A stretch of 64,000 nucleotides of DNA from an uncultured Actinomycetota bacterium. GTDB lineage: Bacteria > Actinomycetota > Actinomycetes > Prado026. The stretch is taken from assembly GCA_963771835.1 (NCBI GenBank), contig CAVYVA010000001.1, positions 23,172 through 87,171 of the forward strand, written 5' to 3'. Of the stretch, positions 39,933 through 52,271 are shown in pieces. The first letter of the stretch is position 1, and each line of letters starts with the position of its first letter. A program made the translations under genes and the position numbers. The notes under the pieces were generated by a model. That model did no database searches and was not told where the DNA came from. It saw nothing but the letters and a program-made list of their open reading frames with translations.

Positions 39933-40162
39933 GCCGTGACAGCGGTGACTGTTCCCTCCGGTTCCGCACCGACGTACGTGTGCCCGCGCATCCGGCACCA
40001 GGCGGGGACGTCGGTGGCCGCGGCCGGGTCGTCGGACAGCAGGCGGACGACCGCGCCGGGCGGGACCTCGGCGTCGGCCAGCCGGCGGGCCAGCTCGAGC
40101 ACGGGCATCGGGCAGCGCAGGCCCACCGCGTCGACGACGAGCGACGCCGGTCCGGTCGTCAC
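39893..40162 (-). CDS. TusA/SirA family sulfurtransferase
   Basis: VDAVGLRCPMPV, SDDPAA..DVPAWC; GTG overlaps the upstream stop. Confidence 0.9.
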   Translation of the reverse strand: MTTGPASLVVDAVGLRCPMPVLELARRLADAEVPPGAVVRLLSDDPAAATDVPAWCRMRGHTYVGAEPEGTVTAVTAYVLRIGSDPAGA

Positions 40163-41362
40163 AGCCCACCCGCCCCGAACGACGATCGCACCCGGTCGAC
40201 GGCGTCGGGCAGCACGTCCAGGAACCGATGGACGTCCGCCTCGGCCACGCCACGGGGGAGCGAGACCCGCAGGTTCCCCTGGGTCAGCGCACCCATCGCG
40301 ACCAGGACGTGGCTGGGCTCCAGGCTGGACGCGCTGCACGCCGACCCGGAGGTGACCGCGAACCCGGCCCGGTCCAGCTCGGCCAGCAAGGCCTCGCCGT
40401 GGACGTACAGGAAGCTGAAGGTCACCAGGTGCGGCAGGCGGCGGACCGCGTCGCCGAGCACGACGGTGTCCGGCACCCGACGCGGGACGTCGGCCCGGAG
40501 CCGGTCGACGAGCCCGCGCAGCCGGGCGTCCTCGGTCGCCGACCGTGCCGTCACCGCCTCGAGGGCGGCGGCGGCGGCGACCGCACCGGCGACGTGCTCG
40601 AACCCGGGCACCCTCGGGTCGGTAGCTGCGGTCGTCCGGCGGCGACGGCGAGCGCCAGCGCACCCCGGTCCGGACCGCGAGCACCCCGACGCCGGCCGGG
40701 CCGCCCCACTTGTGCGCGCTCGCCGTGAGCACGTCCCACCCGGCGGGCAGCGGGCCGTGCCCGACGCTCGCCGCCGCGTCGACGAGCAGGGGCACCCCGG
40801 CGGCCGCGCACGCCTGCGCCGCCTCGGCCACCGGCTGCTCGGTGCCGACCTCCTGGTTGGCCGTCTGCAGGCAGGCCAGCGCGACCCCTGGCCCGCGCAC
40901 CGCGGCGGTGAACGCGGCGGTGTCGACCCGGCCGTCGGCGTCCACCCCGACCAGCGTCACGTCCTCCTCGGTGCACCCGGCCCGGACGGCGTGCAGGACG
41001 GCCGAGTGCTCGACCGCCGAGGCCACCCGCCGGGTCCCGGTGCGGACCCGGCCCAGGACGAGGCCGGCCACCCCGAGGTGCACGGCCTGGGTCCCGGACG
41101 CGGTGAACGAGACCTCGTCGGGCCGGCAGCCGAGCGCGTCGGCGACCGACTCGCGGGCGGTGTCGAGCAGCACCCGCGAGCGCCGTCCGGCCGCGTAGGG
41201 ACGGGCCGGGTCGGCCCAGGCGGCCGTGTCGGCGGCCGCCAGCGCCAGCCGCGCGGCCGGGTGCAGCGGCTCACCGGAGGCGGCGTCCAGGTAGCCCCGG
41301 CGGCGGGGTCGGTCCCGGCGGCCCGGCGGGTCCGGGTCCGGGCGTCTCGAGGAGCACGTCAT
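40159..41362 (-). CDS. Cysteine desulfurase (IscS/NifS-like), frameshift at ~40615
   Basis: YLDAAS, SAVEHSAV, ANQEVGT, SAHKWGGP in one frame; SGSACS..SHVL..RVSL in the next; start uncertain. Confidence 0.88.
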
Positions 41363-41502
41363 GGACCCTGCCACGGGCCGCGCCGAGGGGGCCACCCAGC
41401 CGGGCGGGACCCGGTCCCCTGCGCTAACGTGTGGCGGGTTCGGAGCACTGTCCCCAGACGTCCCCGGGTGTTCCCGCTGAGCAGATCCGGAGTGGGCAAG
41501 AG

Positions 41503-42336
41503 GTGAGTCGCAGCACTGCGCGCAGGAGCGTGCTCGCCGGTGCCGGGCTGGCCGCGATGGCGGTCGTCCTGTCCGGCTGCACCCCGGCCGACATCCCGCC
41601 GATGCTCGACATGTCCAGCCCGGTCACCAAAGAGGGCGAGAGGATCTACTCGCTCTGGCAGGGGTCCTGGGTGGCGGCGTGGATCGTCGGGGCGATCACC
41701 TGGGGACTGATCCTGTGGGCCGTGGTCGCGTACCGCCGGCGGGCGGCGACGGCGCCCCCGCAGACCCGGTACAACCTGCCGATCGAGGCCATGTACACCG
41801 TCCTGCCGCTGATCGTCATCGCCGTGCTCTTCGGCTACACCGCGCGCGACCAGACGCAGATCCTCAAGGTCAGCGCGCACCCGGACAACAACGTCAACGT
41901 CGTGGCGTTCCGGTGGAGCTGGACGTTCAACTACCTCGACCAGAACGCCTACGACGTCGGCACCCCGCAGGAGCTGCCCACGCTGTACCTGCCGGTGAAC
42001 GAGACGGTGAAGTTCACCCTCACCTCGCCGGACGTCATCCACTCGTTCTGGATCCCGGCCTTCCTGTTCAAGATGGACGTGATCCCGGGCAAGGCCAACC
42101 AGTTCGAGCTGACCCCGACCAAGATCGGGACGTACTCGGGCAAGTGCGCCGAGCTGTGCGGCGTCGACCACTCGCGGATGCTGTTCGTCGTGAAGGTGGT
42201 CAGCGCCGACGACTTCGCGAGGCACATGGCCGACCTGAAGGCCAGCGGTCAGGTCGGGCTGCTGCAGACCGGCCGGGTCACCGACTCGGTCACCGGTGAC
42301 ACGCAGGGTCGAACCACCATCGGAGGCAGCTCGTGA
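41503..42336 (+). CDS. ctaC: Cytochrome c oxidase subunit II
   Basis: Lipobox [23 protein letters not shown] CuA motif. Confidence 0.96.
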   Translation: MSRSTARRSVLAGAGLAAMAVVLSGCTPADIPPMLDMSSPVTKEGERIYSLWQGSWVAAWIVGAITWGLILWAVVAYRRRAATAPPQTRYNLPIEAMYTVLPLIVIAVLFGYTARDQTQILKVSAHPDNNVNVVAFRWSWTFNYLDQNAYDVGTPQELPTLYLPVNETVKFTLTSPDVIHSFWIPAFLFKMDVIPGKANQFELTPTKIGTYSGKCAELCGVDHSRMLFVVKVVSADDFARHMADLKASGQVGLLQTGRVTDSVTGDTQGRTTIGGSS

Positions 42337-44051
42337 CCGTCGTCGGTGACCCGTCCGTCACGGCCGAGACCCACGCCCCGGCGGTCGCGGCGCCGGTCCG
42401 CCTGCCGCGGGGCAAGATCGTCGTCAGCTGGATGACCTCGACCGACCACAAGATCATCGGCTACATGTACATCATCGCCTCGTTCGTCTTCTTCCTGTTC
42501 GGCGGCGTGCTGGCGCTGATCATGCGCGCCGAGCTGGCCAGGCCGGGGCTGCAGTTCCTGTCGAACGAGCAGTACAACCAGCTGTTCACCATGCACGGCA
42601 CGATCATGCTGCTGATGTTCGCGACCCCGCTGTTCATCGGCTTCGGCAACGCGATCATGCCGCTGCAGATCGGCTCGCCGGACGTGGCGTTCCCGCGGCT
42701 GAACATGCTCAGCTTCTACCTGTTCCTGTTCGGCAGCCTGACCGTCGTGGCCGGGTTCCTGACGCCCAACGGCGCCGCCGACTTCGGCTGGTTCGCCTAC
42801 GCGCCGCTCAACGACGTCGTGCACTCGCCGGGCGCCGGCGCGGACATGTGGATCGTGGGGCTGGCGCTGTCCGGCCTGGGCACCATCCTCGGCGGCGTCA
42901 ACTTCATCACCACGGTGCTGACCATGCGCGCCCCGGGCATGACGATGTTCCGGATGCCGATCTTCACCTGGAACATCTTCGTCACGTCGGTGCTGGTGCT
43001 GCTCGCGTTCCCGGTGCTGGCCGCGGCGCTGCTCACGCTCGAGGTCGACCGGGCCTTCGGCGCCCAGGTCTTCGACGCCTCCAACGGCGGCCCGATCATG
43101 TGGCAGCACCTGTTCTGGTTCTTCGGCCATCCCGAGGTCTACATCATCGCGCTGCCGTTCTTCGGGATCGTCTCCGAGGTCATCCCGGTGTTCAGCCGCA
43201 AGCCGATCTTCGGCTACAAGGGCCTGGTCTTCGCCACCCTCGCGATCGCGGCGCTCTCGGTCGCGGTGTGGGCCCACCACATGTACGTGACCGGCGCGGT
43301 CCTGCTGCCGTTCTTCGCCTTCATGACCATGCTCATCGCCGTGCCGACCGGCGTGAAGTTCTTCAACTGGATCGGCACGATGTGGCGAGGGTCGGTGTCC
43401 CTGGACACACCCATGCTCTGGGTCATCGGGTTCCTGGTCACGTTCCTGTTCGGCGGCCTGACCGGGATCATCCTGTCCTCGCCGCCGCTGGACTTCCCGG
43501 TCTCGGACTCGTACTTCGTGGTGGCGCACTTCCACTACGTGGTGTTCGGCACCGTCGTGTTCGCGATGTTCGCCGGCTTCTACTTCTGGTGGCCGAAGTG
43601 GACCGGCAGGATGCTCGACGAGCGGCTCGGCAAGCTGCACTTCTGGCTGCTGTTCGTCGGGTTCCACACGACGTTCCTCATCCAGCACTGGCTCGGCGTC
43701 GAGGGCATGGCCCGCCGCTACGCCGACTACCTGGCCGGCGACGGGTTCACCACCCAGAACACGATCTCGACGATCGGCGCGTTCATCCTCGGCGCCTCCA
43801 CGCTGCCGTTCATCTGGAACGTCTACAAGACCGCCAAGCACGCCCCACGCGTCCAGGTCGACGACCCGTGGGGCTGGGGCCGCTCGATGGAGTGGGCCAC
43901 CTCCTGCCCGCCGCCGCGGCACAACTTCGTCTCGCTGCCGCGGATCCGCTCGGAGTCGCCCGCGTTCGACCTGCACCACCCCGAGCTGGCGCCCAACCCG
44001 GCGCCTCGGCCGGCGGTCCCGGTCGGCGCCGGGGGCGGTGACCACCCGTGA
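42333..44051 (+). CDS. ctaD: Cytochrome c oxidase subunit I
   Basis: [25 protein letters not shown]. Confidence 0.98.
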   Translation: MTVVGDPSVTAETHAPAVAAPVRLPRGKIVVSWMTSTDHKIIGYMYIIASFVFFLFGGVLALIMRAELARPGLQFLSNEQYNQLFTMHGTIMLLMFATPLFIGFGNAIMPLQIGSPDVAFPRLNMLSFYLFLFGSLTVVAGFLTPNGAADFGWFAYAPLNDVVHSPGAGADMWIVGLALSGLGTILGGVNFITTVLTMRAPGMTMFRMPIFTWNIFVTSVLVLLAFPVLAAALLTLEVDRAFGAQVFDASNGGPIMWQHLFWFFGHPEVYIIALPFFGIVSEVIPVFSRKPIFGYKGLVFATLAIAALSVAVWAHHMYVTGAVLLPFFAFMTMLIAVPTGVKFFNWIGTMWRGSVSLDTPMLWVIGFLVTFLFGGLTGIILSSPPLDFPVSDSYFVVAHFHYVVFGTVVFAMFAGFYFWWPKWTGRMLDERLGKLHFWLLFVGFHTTFLIQHWLGVEGMARRYADYLAGDGFTTQNTISTIGAFILGASTLPFIWNVYKTAKHAPRVQVDDPWGWGRSMEWATSCPPPRHNFVSLPRIRSESPAFDLHHPELAPNPAPRPAVPVGAGGGDHP

Positions 44052-44446
44052 AGACCGAGGGGCGCATCTTCGCCGGGCTGGCGATCTTCTTCGTGGTCGT
44101 GGCCGCGGTGTACGGGGAGCTGTCCCGCGAGGTCATCGGTACCACGGCCCTGGTGCTCAGCGGCGCCCTGGCCCTGGCGATCGGCTTCTACAGCCTGCGG
44201 CTGGCGGCCCGGCTCGGCCCGCGGCCGGAGGACCGCCCCGACGCCGACATCGACGAGGGGGCCGGGGAGTACGGCTTCTACAGCCCGCACAGCTGGTGGC
44301 CGCTGCCGACGGCGCTGTCCGCGGCGATCATGATGCTGGGGTTCGTCTTCGGCTGGTGGCTGACCGTGCTCGGTGCGTTCCTGCTGATCTCCTGCGCGGT
44401 CGGGTTCGTGTTCGAGTACTACCGCGGGTACCACGCGGAGGGCTGA
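44048..44446 (+). CDS. ctaF: Cytochrome c oxidase subunit 4 (actinobacterial)
   Basis: [26 protein letters not shown]. Confidence 0.92.
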   Translation: MKTEGRIFAGLAIFFVVVAAVYGELSREVIGTTALVLSGALALAIGFYSLRLAARLGPRPEDRPDADIDEGAGEYGFYSPHSWWPLPTALSAAIMMLGFVFGWWLTVLGAFLLISCAVGFVFEYYRGYHAEG

Positions 44447-44470
44447 CCATCCGGACCACCAGCTCGCCCC

Positions 44471-45619
44471 TTGCTCGTCCTGCTGCTGGCCGTCCTCGTC
44501 GCGGGCTGCTCGGGCGGCGGAGTGCCGCCCGGTCCCGGCAACCCGTCCGGCTCCGCGGTGGTCGTGGGCTTCGCGCCGAAGGGCGGGGCCGTCTCGGTAC
44601 GCCCGGACGCCCTGGTCAGGGTCGCCGCCGCGTCCGGGCGGCTGACCGCCGTCGACGTGCGCCCGCAGGGCGGTACGGCGGCGGTCCCCGGCGTGCTCAG
44701 CGCCGACGGCAGCACCTGGACCGCGCAGGCGGGCACCCTCCTGGCGCTCGACACCGTGTACGTGGTCGAGGCGCACGCGGTGGACACCGACGGGCGCGGC
44801 CGTTCGGTGCGGTCCACGTTCACGACGTTGCGCCCGAAGGGTGTGCTGAACACCGTGATCACGCCCGGCGACGGTGCGCTCGTCGGCGTGGGGATGCCGC
44901 TCATGGTCAAGTTCACCCAGAAGGTGACCGACCGCGCGGCCGTCGAGCGGGCCCTGTCGGTCGAGATGTCGAAGCCGGTCGAGGGTTCCTGGCGCTGGTT
45001 CAGCAGCGAGGAGATCCACTTCCGGCCGAAGACCTACTGGCCGGCCGGCGAGCACGTGGACGTCACGTTCCACCTGGCCGGAGTCGATGCGGGCGGGGGC
45101 GTGTGGGGCGACCACGACCGGACGTTCAGCTTCGACGTGGCACCCAGCGCGCTGGTCAGCACGGTCGACATCACCGCGCACACGATGACGGTCACGAAGA
45201 ACGGCTCCGTGCTCAGGGTCATCCCGATCACCACCGGCAAGGACGGCTACCTGACCCGCGGCGGGACCAAGGTCATCATCACCAAGGAGCGGACCAGGCT
45301 GATGGACTCCACCACGGTGGACATCCCGCCCGGCAGCCCGGACGCCTACCACCTGACGGTCGACTACGCGCTCCGGCTGACCTGGTCGGGCGAGTTCGTG
45401 CACGCCGCCCCCTGGTCGGTCGCGCACCAGGGGCACGAGAACGTCAGCCACGGCTGCACCGGCATGAGCACGGCCAACGCCGCCTGGTTCTACTCGATCA
45501 GCCACATCGGGGACGTCGTGCGGTACGTGCACTCGACACGCACGCTCGAGCCGGGCAACGGCTACACCGACTGGAACCTGTCCTGGGCCGCCTGGACGGC
45601 GGGCAGCGCCGTCGGCTAG
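44471..45619 (+). CDS. L,D-transpeptidase lipoprotein (Ig-like + YkuD)
   Basis: VAGC lipobox, [22 protein letters not shown]. Confidence 0.93.
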   Translation: MLVLLLAVLVAGCSGGGVPPGPGNPSGSAVVVGFAPKGGAVSVRPDALVRVAAASGRLTAVDVRPQGGTAAVPGVLSADGSTWTAQAGTLLALDTVYVVEAHAVDTDGRGRSVRSTFTTLRPKGVLNTVITPGDGALVGVGMPLMVKFTQKVTDRAAVERALSVEMSKPVEGSWRWFSSEEIHFRPKTYWPAGEHVDVTFHLAGVDAGGGVWGDHDRTFSFDVAPSALVSTVDITAHTMTVTKNGSVLRVIPITTGKDGYLTRGGTKVIITKERTRLMDSTTVDIPPGSPDAYHLTVDYALRLTWSGEFVHAAPWSVAHQGHENVSHGCTGMSTANAAWFYSISHIGDVVRYVHSTRTLEPGNGYTDWNLSWAAWTAGSAVG

Positions 45620-47356
45620 TGCGGCTGGCTGGCGCGGACTGCTGCGGGTCGGACGTCCCGGTCTCCAGCTGGCGGGCGTAACCATCGTTGAGCTCCTGCG
45701 CATGGTGCGCGCCGTGCTCGAGCTCCTCGGGGCTGGGCTTGTCGATCTGCTCGCCGAAGTACGCACGCGACAGGCGGGCGCGCATCCGCTGCACCGGGTT
45801 GACCCGCGGGTCGACGCCGTTCTCGTCCGGCTCGGTCTCCAGCTCCAGCGGCTGGTAGCGCTCGCCGGACAGCAGCAGGGCACGCTCCTCGGGCGACACC
45901 GGCGCGTGCACCTCGATGTACTCCCCGGACGGCATCCGCATGATGGTGCCGGTCTCGTACCCGTGCAGGAGCTTGTCGCGGTCCCGCCGTTGCAGGCCCA
46001 GGCAGAACCGCTTCGTGATGACGTAGACGATCGGTGGCAGCACGAAGAGCAGGACGCGCAGGGTCCACGTGATCTCGTTGATCGACAGCGAGAAGTGGGT
46101 GGCGATGATGTCGTTCCCGCCGGCGATCCAGAGCATCCCGTAGAACGCGATCGCCGTCGTCCCGAGCGCGGTGCGGGTGGGGACGTTGCGCGGCCGGTCC
46201 AGCACGTTGTGGTCGCGCCGGTCGCCGGTGACCCACTGCTCGATGAACGGGTACAGGCCGAGCGCGGTGAACAGGATGCCCGGCACCACCATGGCCGGGA
46301 TCAGGATGTTCAGGCTGAGCGTGTGACCCCAGGCGGTGATCTCCCAGTTGGGCATCAGCCGGAGCGTGCCGTCCAGCCAGCCCATGTACCAGTCGGGCTG
46401 CGACCCGGCGGTGATCTGTGTGGGTGTGTACGGCCCGAACATCCAGACCGGGTTGATCGTGGCGATCGCCCCGAGCAGGACCGAGAGTCCGAAGACGATG
46501 AAGAAGAAGCCGCCGGCCTTCGCCGTGTAGATCGGGAACAGCCGGTAGCCGACCACGTTGTGCTCGGTCCGCCCCATGCCGGGGTACTGGGTGTGCTTCT
46601 GGTACCAGATCATCATCAGGTGCGCGGTGATCAGCGCGAGGATGATGCCGGGGACCAGCAGCACGTGCACGATGTACAGCCGTGGGGATGAAGCTGTCCC
46701 CGGGGAACTCCCCGCCGAACACCAGCATCGCCAGGTACGTGCCCACCACCGGGACCGCCTGGATGATGCCCTCGGTGATGCGCAGCCCGGTGCCGGACAG
46801 CAGGTCGTCCGGCAGCGAGTAGCCGGCGAAGCCCTCGACGATGCCCATCGTCAGCAGGACGACGCCGATGACCCAGTTGATCTCGCGCGGCTTGCGGAAC
46901 GCGCCGGTGAAGAACACCCGGAACAGGTGGACGGTCATCGCCGCGAGGAACAGCAGCGCGGCCCAGTGGTGCACCTGCCGCATCAGCAGGCCGCCACGGA
47001 TGTCGAACGAGATGTCCAGCGTCGACGCGTACGCCTCGGTCATCCGGATGCCGTTGAGCGGGACGTACGACCCGTGGTACGCGACGTCCACCATGGACGG
47101 CTTGAAGAACAGCGAGAGGTACACGCCGGTGAGCAGCAGCACGATGAAGCTGTAGAGGGCGATCTCGCCCAGCATGAACGACCAGTGGTCCGGGAAGATC
47201 TTGCTCAGGTTCTTCTTCAGGAACTTGGAGATGCTGATCCGGTCGTCCAGGTAGCCCGCGACCCCGCCGCCGGCCTTGACCAGCGGGTTGTTGACGTCGA
47301 CGGCCCCGTCGGCGGCCGCGGTCGTCGTCGGCGCTGTGCTTGCCGTGCTCGCTCAT
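45616..47356 (-). CDS. qcrB: Cytochrome bc1 cytochrome b subunit; frameshifts at ~47350, ~46685 and possibly near the 3' end
   Basis: [26 protein letters not shown] distributed over frames; extra base in GGGG at 46684-46687. Confidence 0.93.
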
Positions 47357-48387
47357 CCGCGCTCCCAGAAGCTGGGGCCGATCGGCTGGGTGAAGTCTCC
47401 GCGGGCCACGAGGTAGCCCTCCGAGTCGACCGTGATCGCGAGCTGGGGCATGCTGCGGGCCGCCGGTCCGAAGACGACCTTGCCGGCGTCGGCCAGGTCG
47501 AACGTGGACTGGTGGCAGGGGCAGAGCAGGTGGTGGGTCTTCTGCTCGTACAGCGCGGTCGGGCAGCCCACGTGCGTGCAGATCTTGGAGTAGCAGAGGA
47601 TGCCCTCGTAGTCCCAGTTCGGCCCCTGCTGCGCCTTGATCTCCTCCGGCCGCAGCCGCACCAGCACCACCGGGGCCTTGGCCCGGGCGTTCAGCGTGCC
47701 CTCGGTCTCCTCGATGTTGGCCAGCGTGTCCGGGACGCAGGACACCAGGCCGCCGAAGGGGATGTCCTCGGGCCGCAGCGGGTTCAGCGTCGGGTCGGTG
47801 ACGATGCGGGTGCCCTTGGTCCAGATCGTGTGCCGCAGCTTGGTGCCCGGCATCGGGCCCAGGTCCTTCAGCAGCGGGACCGCGAACAGGGGCGTCGCCA
47901 GCAGCGCGCCGATCAGGGTGCGCCGGATCATCTTGTACTTGAGGAAGCCGCTGGACTGGGTCCCGTCGAGGAAGTCCTCGACGGCCACGTCCCGCTCGTC
48001 GGCGTCGCCGCCGAGGGGGTGCCGCTCGGAGACCTCCTCGACGTCCGGCATGAGCTTCTTGGCCCAGTGGATCGCGCCGGCGCCCACGCAGAACAGCCCG
48101 ACGCCCATCGTCATGCCGAGCCAGAAGTTGGACGCGCTCGTGCTCCCGATGAACGGGATCGTGACGACCTTGTCCTTGGGGATGTAGACGTACTCGAGCC
48201 AGAACGCGAACGGCGTGAGCATGCCGACGACGAACAGCAGCGACACCTGCCGCTCGGCCCGCCGGGCCGCCCGCGGGTCGACGTCGGTGCGCCGGAGGTG
48301 GTGCTCGGGCAGCTGGTCGGCGGGGACGAGGTGCGCCCGCTCCGGGTCCGCCGGGTGCACGCCGGTGCCGGGGGTGTGCTCGCTCAT
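47353..48387 (-). CDS. qcrA: Cytochrome bc1 Rieske Fe-S subunit
   Basis: CTHVGC and CPCHQS Rieske motifs, GPSFWER end. Confidence 0.96.
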   Translation of the reverse strand: MSEHTPGTGVHPADPERAHLVPADQLPEHHLRRTDVDPRAARRAERQVSLLFVVGMLTPFAFWLEYVYIPKDKVVTIPFIGSTSASNFWLGMTMGVGLFCVGAGAIHWAKKLMPDVEEVSERHPLGGDADERDVAVEDFLDGTQSSGFLKYKMIRRTLIGALLATPLFAVPLLKDLGPMPGTKLRHTIWTKGTRIVTDPTLNPLRPEDIPFGGLVSCVPDTLANIEETEGTLNARAKAPVVLVRLRPEEIKAQQGPNWDYEGILCYSKICTHVGCPTALYEQKTHHLLCPCHQSTFDLADAGKVVFGPAARSMPQLAITVDSEGYLVARGDFTQPIGPSFWERG

Positions 48388-49250
48388 GAGCTCTTCGCCC
48401 CGATCCACACGGCCACCAGCAGGACCGCGCCTATCCCCACCGTCCACAGGAACAGGCCCTCGCTCACCGGGCCGACCCGGCCCAGGGCCATCCCGCCGGG
48501 GTTGGGCTCGGTCCGCATCGTCTGGATGAACTTGATCAGCTCCCGCTTCTGGTCCGGGGTGATCGTGTTGTTGCTGAACACCGGCATCGACTCGGGCCCG
48601 GTGACCATGGCCTCCCACATCTGCTGAGGTGTGGCCTCCTTCAGCGGCGGAGCGTACTGACCGCCGGTCAGCGCGCCGCCCGCGCCGGCGAAGTTGTGGC
48701 ACTGCGCGCAGTTCGTGCGCCAGATCTCCCCGCCCGCCTGCAGGTTCGCGCCGGTCGTGTCCAGGTCGTCGGCTGACGGGATCGTCGGGCCGGGGGCCAG
48801 CGAGGCGACGTACGCCGCCAGCGCGTCGATCTGCTCCTGGCTGTAGATGACCTGCTTGCGCATCGACTGCGCGCCGGGGGCGGCCAGCGGCATCCGGCCG
48901 GTGCCGACCTGGAAGTCCACGGCGGCGGCGCCGACGCCGATCAGGCTCGGCCCGGTCAGGGCGGTCGTGGTCCCGTTGTTGACCAGCCCGCCCTGGGCGT
49001 TCAGGCCGTGGCAGCTCGAGCAGCCCTCGAGGAACAGCTGGCGGCCCTTGGTGATCTGCTGCGGGTCGCCGTCGCTGCTCGAGGCCGTGGCCGTCCCGGC
49101 GGCGCCCATCATCGCGTAGAGCCCACCGGTCAGCGACAGGCCGACGAGCAGCAGCAGGAACGTCGCGACGGGGTGCCGCCGGCGGTCGGCGAGCCGGACC
49201 GCCGCGGGTTTCGCGTCGTGGCTGGGAGAGGTCACAGGCAGCCCGTTCAC
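48384..49250 (-). CDS. qcrC: Cytochrome bc1 di-heme cytochrome c subunit
   Basis: CSSCH and [22 protein letters not shown]; start 49250 or 49235. Confidence 0.95.
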   Translation of the reverse strand: MNGLPVTSPSHDAKPAAVRLADRRRHPVATFLLLLVGLSLTGGLYAMMGAAGTATASSSDGDPQQITKGRQLFLEGCSSCHGLNAQGGLVNNGTTTALTGPSLIGVGAAAVDFQVGTGRMPLAAPGAQSMRKQVIYSQEQIDALAAYVASLAPGPTIPSADDLDTTGANLQAGGEIWRTNCAQCHNFAGAGGALTGGQYAPPLKEATPQQMWEAMVTGPESMPVFSNNTITPDQKRELIKFIQTMRTEPNPGGMALGRVGPVSEGLFLWTVGIGAVLLVAVWIGAKSS

Positions 49251-49862
49251 CGGATGAGGTAGATGGTCGAGAAGAGGCCGATCCAGACGATGTCGACGAA
49301 GTGCCAGTAGTACGAGACCACGATGGCGCTGGTCGCCTGGTTGTGCGTGAAGCGTTTCGCCACGTACGTGCGTCCGAGCACGAACAGGAACGCGATGAGG
49401 CCGCCGGTGACGTGCAGCCCGTGGAAGCCCGTGGTGAGGTAGAAGACCGAGCCGTAGTCGGTCTGCAGCGTGATGCCGTCGCGCACCAGACCGGCGTACT
49501 CGAAGACCTGGCCGCCGATGAAGACCGCGCCCATGACGAACGAGATGACGAACCAGCGTCGCAGCTTCACCACGTCGCCGCGCTCGGCCGCGAACACCCC
49601 CATCTGGCAGGTGACCGACGAGAGGACCAGCACGGTCGTGTTGCAGGCGGCGAACGACGAGCAGCAGGTGGCTGACCGAGTCCTTCCAGACGATCGGCCC
49701 CTGCACGGCCCGCACGGTGAAGTACATGGCGAACAGCGCCGCGAAGAACATCAGCTCGGAGGAGAGCCAGACGATGGTGCCGACGGCGACGTTGCTGGGT
49801 CGCGCGGGCCCGGCGGGGGAGTGTGGGGTGCTCAGGGGCGCCGGAGCGGTTGCGGAGGCCAC
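49247..49862 (-). CDS. ctaE: Cytochrome c oxidase subunit III, frameshift at ~49655
   Basis: [14 protein letters not shown] in one frame; [14 protein letters not shown] in the next. Confidence 0.93.
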
Positions 49863-50002
49863 GAGCGGCATTCTGGCAGGCCCGGGCACTCGCAGCGACC
49901 CCGACCCCCGGTTCGCCACGCCGCGTGTCCGGCCGCCCCGGCGGGCCGTGCGGAGCGCCGGTCGACCGACCTCGCGACGACCGGAACTGTAGGCTCCGGG
50001 TC

Positions 50003-50446
50003 GTGACCGACCACGGCCCGCCGACCCCCGCCGAGCGCACCCTGACCGTGCTCGTCTACAGCGACGACCGCAGCACCCGCGAGCAGGTCCGCCGGGCCCT
50101 GGGGCGCCGTCCCGCGGCCGGTCTGCCACTGCTCGAGTACGTGGACTGCGCCACCGAGCCCGCCGTTATCGCACGCATGGACGCGGGCGGGGTCGACCTG
50201 GCGATCCTCGACGGGGAGGCCGTCCCGGCCGGCGGGATGGGCGTCTGCCGTCAGCTCAAGGACGAGATCTACCGCTGCCCGCCGGTGCTGGTGCTGATCG
50301 GCCGTGCGGACGACGCCTGGCTGGCGACGTGGTCCCGGGCCGATGCCGCGGTGTCGCACCCGCTCGACCCGGTCGAGCTCGCCGCCGCCGCCGCGCGGCT
50401 GCTGGCTGCGCGCACCGGCGTGCCGGTGTCGCGCCCGGCCGGCTGA
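50003..50446 (+). CDS. Stand-alone receiver-domain protein (conserved next to ctaE)
   Basis: [33 protein letters not shown]; TAGGCT 7 nt upstream. Confidence 0.88.
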   Translation: MTDHGPPTPAERTLTVLVYSDDRSTREQVRRALGRRPAAGLPLLEYVDCATEPAVIARMDAGGVDLAILDGEAVPAGGMGVCRQLKDEIYRCPPVLVLIGRADDAWLATWSRADAAVSHPLDPVELAAAAARLLAARTGVPVSRPAG

Positions 50447-50463
50447 ACCCCGGGTCCGCCGCC

Positions 50464-51546
50464 TTGGTCGCCGACGGGTCCGGCCCGGCCCGGTCCTGGC
50501 CGTCCCTGCTCACGACGCTGCTTCGCGGCGGCGGGCTGTCGGCTGACGACACGGCCTGGGCGATGGGCGAGGTCATGTCCGGCGAGGCGACGCCGGCCCA
50601 GATCGCGGGCTTCGTGGTGGCCCTGCGCGCCAAGGGCGAGACGGCCGAGGAGATGGACGGCCTGGTCCGGACGATGCTCGAGCACGCGCACCGCATCGAG
50701 GTGCCGGGACCGGCGGTCGACGTCGTCGGCACCGGCGGCGACCGGGCCCACACGGTCAACATCTCCACCATGGCCGCCCTGGTGGTGGCCGGCACCGGCG
50801 CCACCGTGGTCAAGCACGGCAACCGGGCGGCGTCCTCCAGCTGCGGTGCCGCCGACGTGCTGGAGGAGCTGGGGGTCGCGCTGACCCTCACCCCGGCCCA
50901 GGTGGTGCAGGTGGCCGACCGGGCGGGGATCACCTTCTGCTTCGCGCAGGTCTTCCACCCGGCCTTCCGGCACGCGGCCGCCCCGCGGCGCGAGCTCGGC
51001 GTCGCGACCGCGTTCAACTTCCTCGGCCCGCTGACCAACCCGGCGCAGCCGGCCGCCCAGGCCATCGGCTGCGCCGACCCGCGGATGGCCGGCGTGATGG
51101 CCCAGGTCTTCGCCCGGCGCGGCGTCGCCGCCCTGGTCGTGCGCGGTGACGACGGCCTGGACGAGGTGACGACGGCGACGACGTCGACGGTCCGCCGGGT
51201 CCGCGGCGGTGTCGTGACCGAGCACGTCCTGGACCCGGGACGGCTGGGCGTCGCGGCGGCACCTGCGAGCGCCCTGCGCGGTGGCGACGCGACGTTCAAC
51301 GCGGCGGCCGTGCGGGACGTCCTGGCCGCTCGCCCGGGCCCGGTGCGAGACGCCGTCCTGCTCAACGCCGCAGCGGCCCTGGTCGCGCTCGGCGACGTGG
51401 ACGGGACGGCGCCGGACGACCTGGACGAGGCGATGGCCTCCGCTCTGGCGCGTGCGGCCGAGTCGGTGGACTCGGGTGCGGCCGCCGAGTCGTTGCGGCG
51501 CTGGGTCGAGGCCGGCGCGGCCGCTGCCGCCGGACTCGGCCCCTGA
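50464..51546 (+). CDS. trpD: Anthranilate phosphoribosyltransferase
   Basis: [32 protein letters not shown]; start approximate. Confidence 0.95.
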   Translation: MVADGSGPARSWPSLLTTLLRGGGLSADDTAWAMGEVMSGEATPAQIAGFVVALRAKGETAEEMDGLVRTMLEHAHRIEVPGPAVDVVGTGGDRAHTVNISTMAALVVAGTGATVVKHGNRAASSSCGAADVLEELGVALTLTPAQVVQVADRAGITFCFAQVFHPAFRHAAAPRRELGVATAFNFLGPLTNPAQPAAQAIGCADPRMAGVMAQVFARRGVAALVVRGDDGLDEVTTATTSTVRRVRGGVVTEHVLDPGRLGVAAAPASALRGGDATFNAAAVRDVLAARPGPVRDAVLLNAAAALVALGDVDGTAPDDLDEAMASALARAAESVDSGAAAESLRRWVEAGAAAAAGLGP

Positions 51547-51577
51547 CGGCGCCTGCTCTGCGCTCCTGACCCTGCGC

Positions 51578-51907
51578 CTACCGGACCCGGTGGCTGCGCC
51601 AGGTCTCGCGCAGGTACCACAGCGGCAGCAGGGCGGTCGGGAGCACGAAGACCAGGTTGGCCATGCCGCCGCCGCTCATGAACCACATGAACCAGATGGG
51701 CGCCATCAGCACGAGGCTGATCACCAGGCGCCCGACCGGCCCGAACGACAACGGTCCGGCCGTGCTGCGGGAGAAGACCCGCTCGTCCAGGCGCGCGGTC
51801 AGGCCCGGCGGCCCGCCGGGGACCGGACCGACCGGAGCGTGGCACAGGCTGCAGGCGAGCGCACCGTCAGCCAGCGCCGCGCCGCACGGGCAGCGCGCTG
51901 GTTCCAC
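51578..51907 (-). CDS. Small zinc-ribbon membrane protein (hypothetical)
   Basis: CPCG..ACSLC followed by GPLSFGPVGR and two hydrophobic helices; start uncertain. Confidence 0.6.
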   Translation of the reverse strand: MEPARCPCGAALADGALACSLCHAPVGPVPGGPPGLTARLDERVFSRSTAGPLSFGPVGRLVISLVLMAPIWFMWFMSGGGMANLVFVLPTALLPLWYLRETWRSHRVR

Positions 51908-51965
51908 CCTGACTGGTTCGGTGCCGTGCGGGCCCGTCTTGAGCCGTGCCGCCGGTCCGTGCGGG

Positions 51966-52253
51966 TCAGACCCCGTCCTCGAGGCCGAGCGAGAACGCCG
52001 CCTCCAGGTCGTGCCGGGAGTACGCGCGGAACGCGATGTGCGTGGTCGTGGACAGGACACCGGGGACCTTGTTCAGCGCGCCCGCGATCACGTCGGCGAG
52101 CTGCTCGTGCTCGCGGACCCGCACCATCGCGACCAGGTCGGTGTCGCCGGTGACGGAGTACACCTCGGTCACGCCGGGCAGGTCGGCGATCTCCTGCGCG
52201 ACCTCGCCGATCCGGTCGACCTCGGTCGTCACGAGCACGATGGCGGTGATCAC
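51966..52253 (-). CDS. Lrp/AsnC ligand-binding-domain-only protein
   Basis: MITAIVL, EVYSVTGD.DL, THIAFRAYSRHDLEAAF. Confidence 0.92.
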   Translation of the reverse strand: MITAIVLVTTEVDRIGEVAQEIADLPGVTEVYSVTGDTDLVAMVRVREHEQLADVIAGALNKVPGVLSTTTHIAFRAYSRHDLEAAFSLGLEDGV

Positions 52254-52271
52254 GGCCCGAGCCTACGTCGG

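Noticed and set aside
39893-41395. Apparent cysteine desulfurase-TusA fusion ORF
   Set aside because: The desulfurase C-terminus with its catalytic Cys is in another frame ending at 40159, overlapping the TusA GTG; the fusion results from an indel at ~40615
48384-50129. Apparent CtaE-QcrC fusion ORF (581 aa)
   Set aside because: Produced by the ctaE frameshift at ~49655; the intervening translation is nonsense and a normal GTGA overlap exists at 49247-49250
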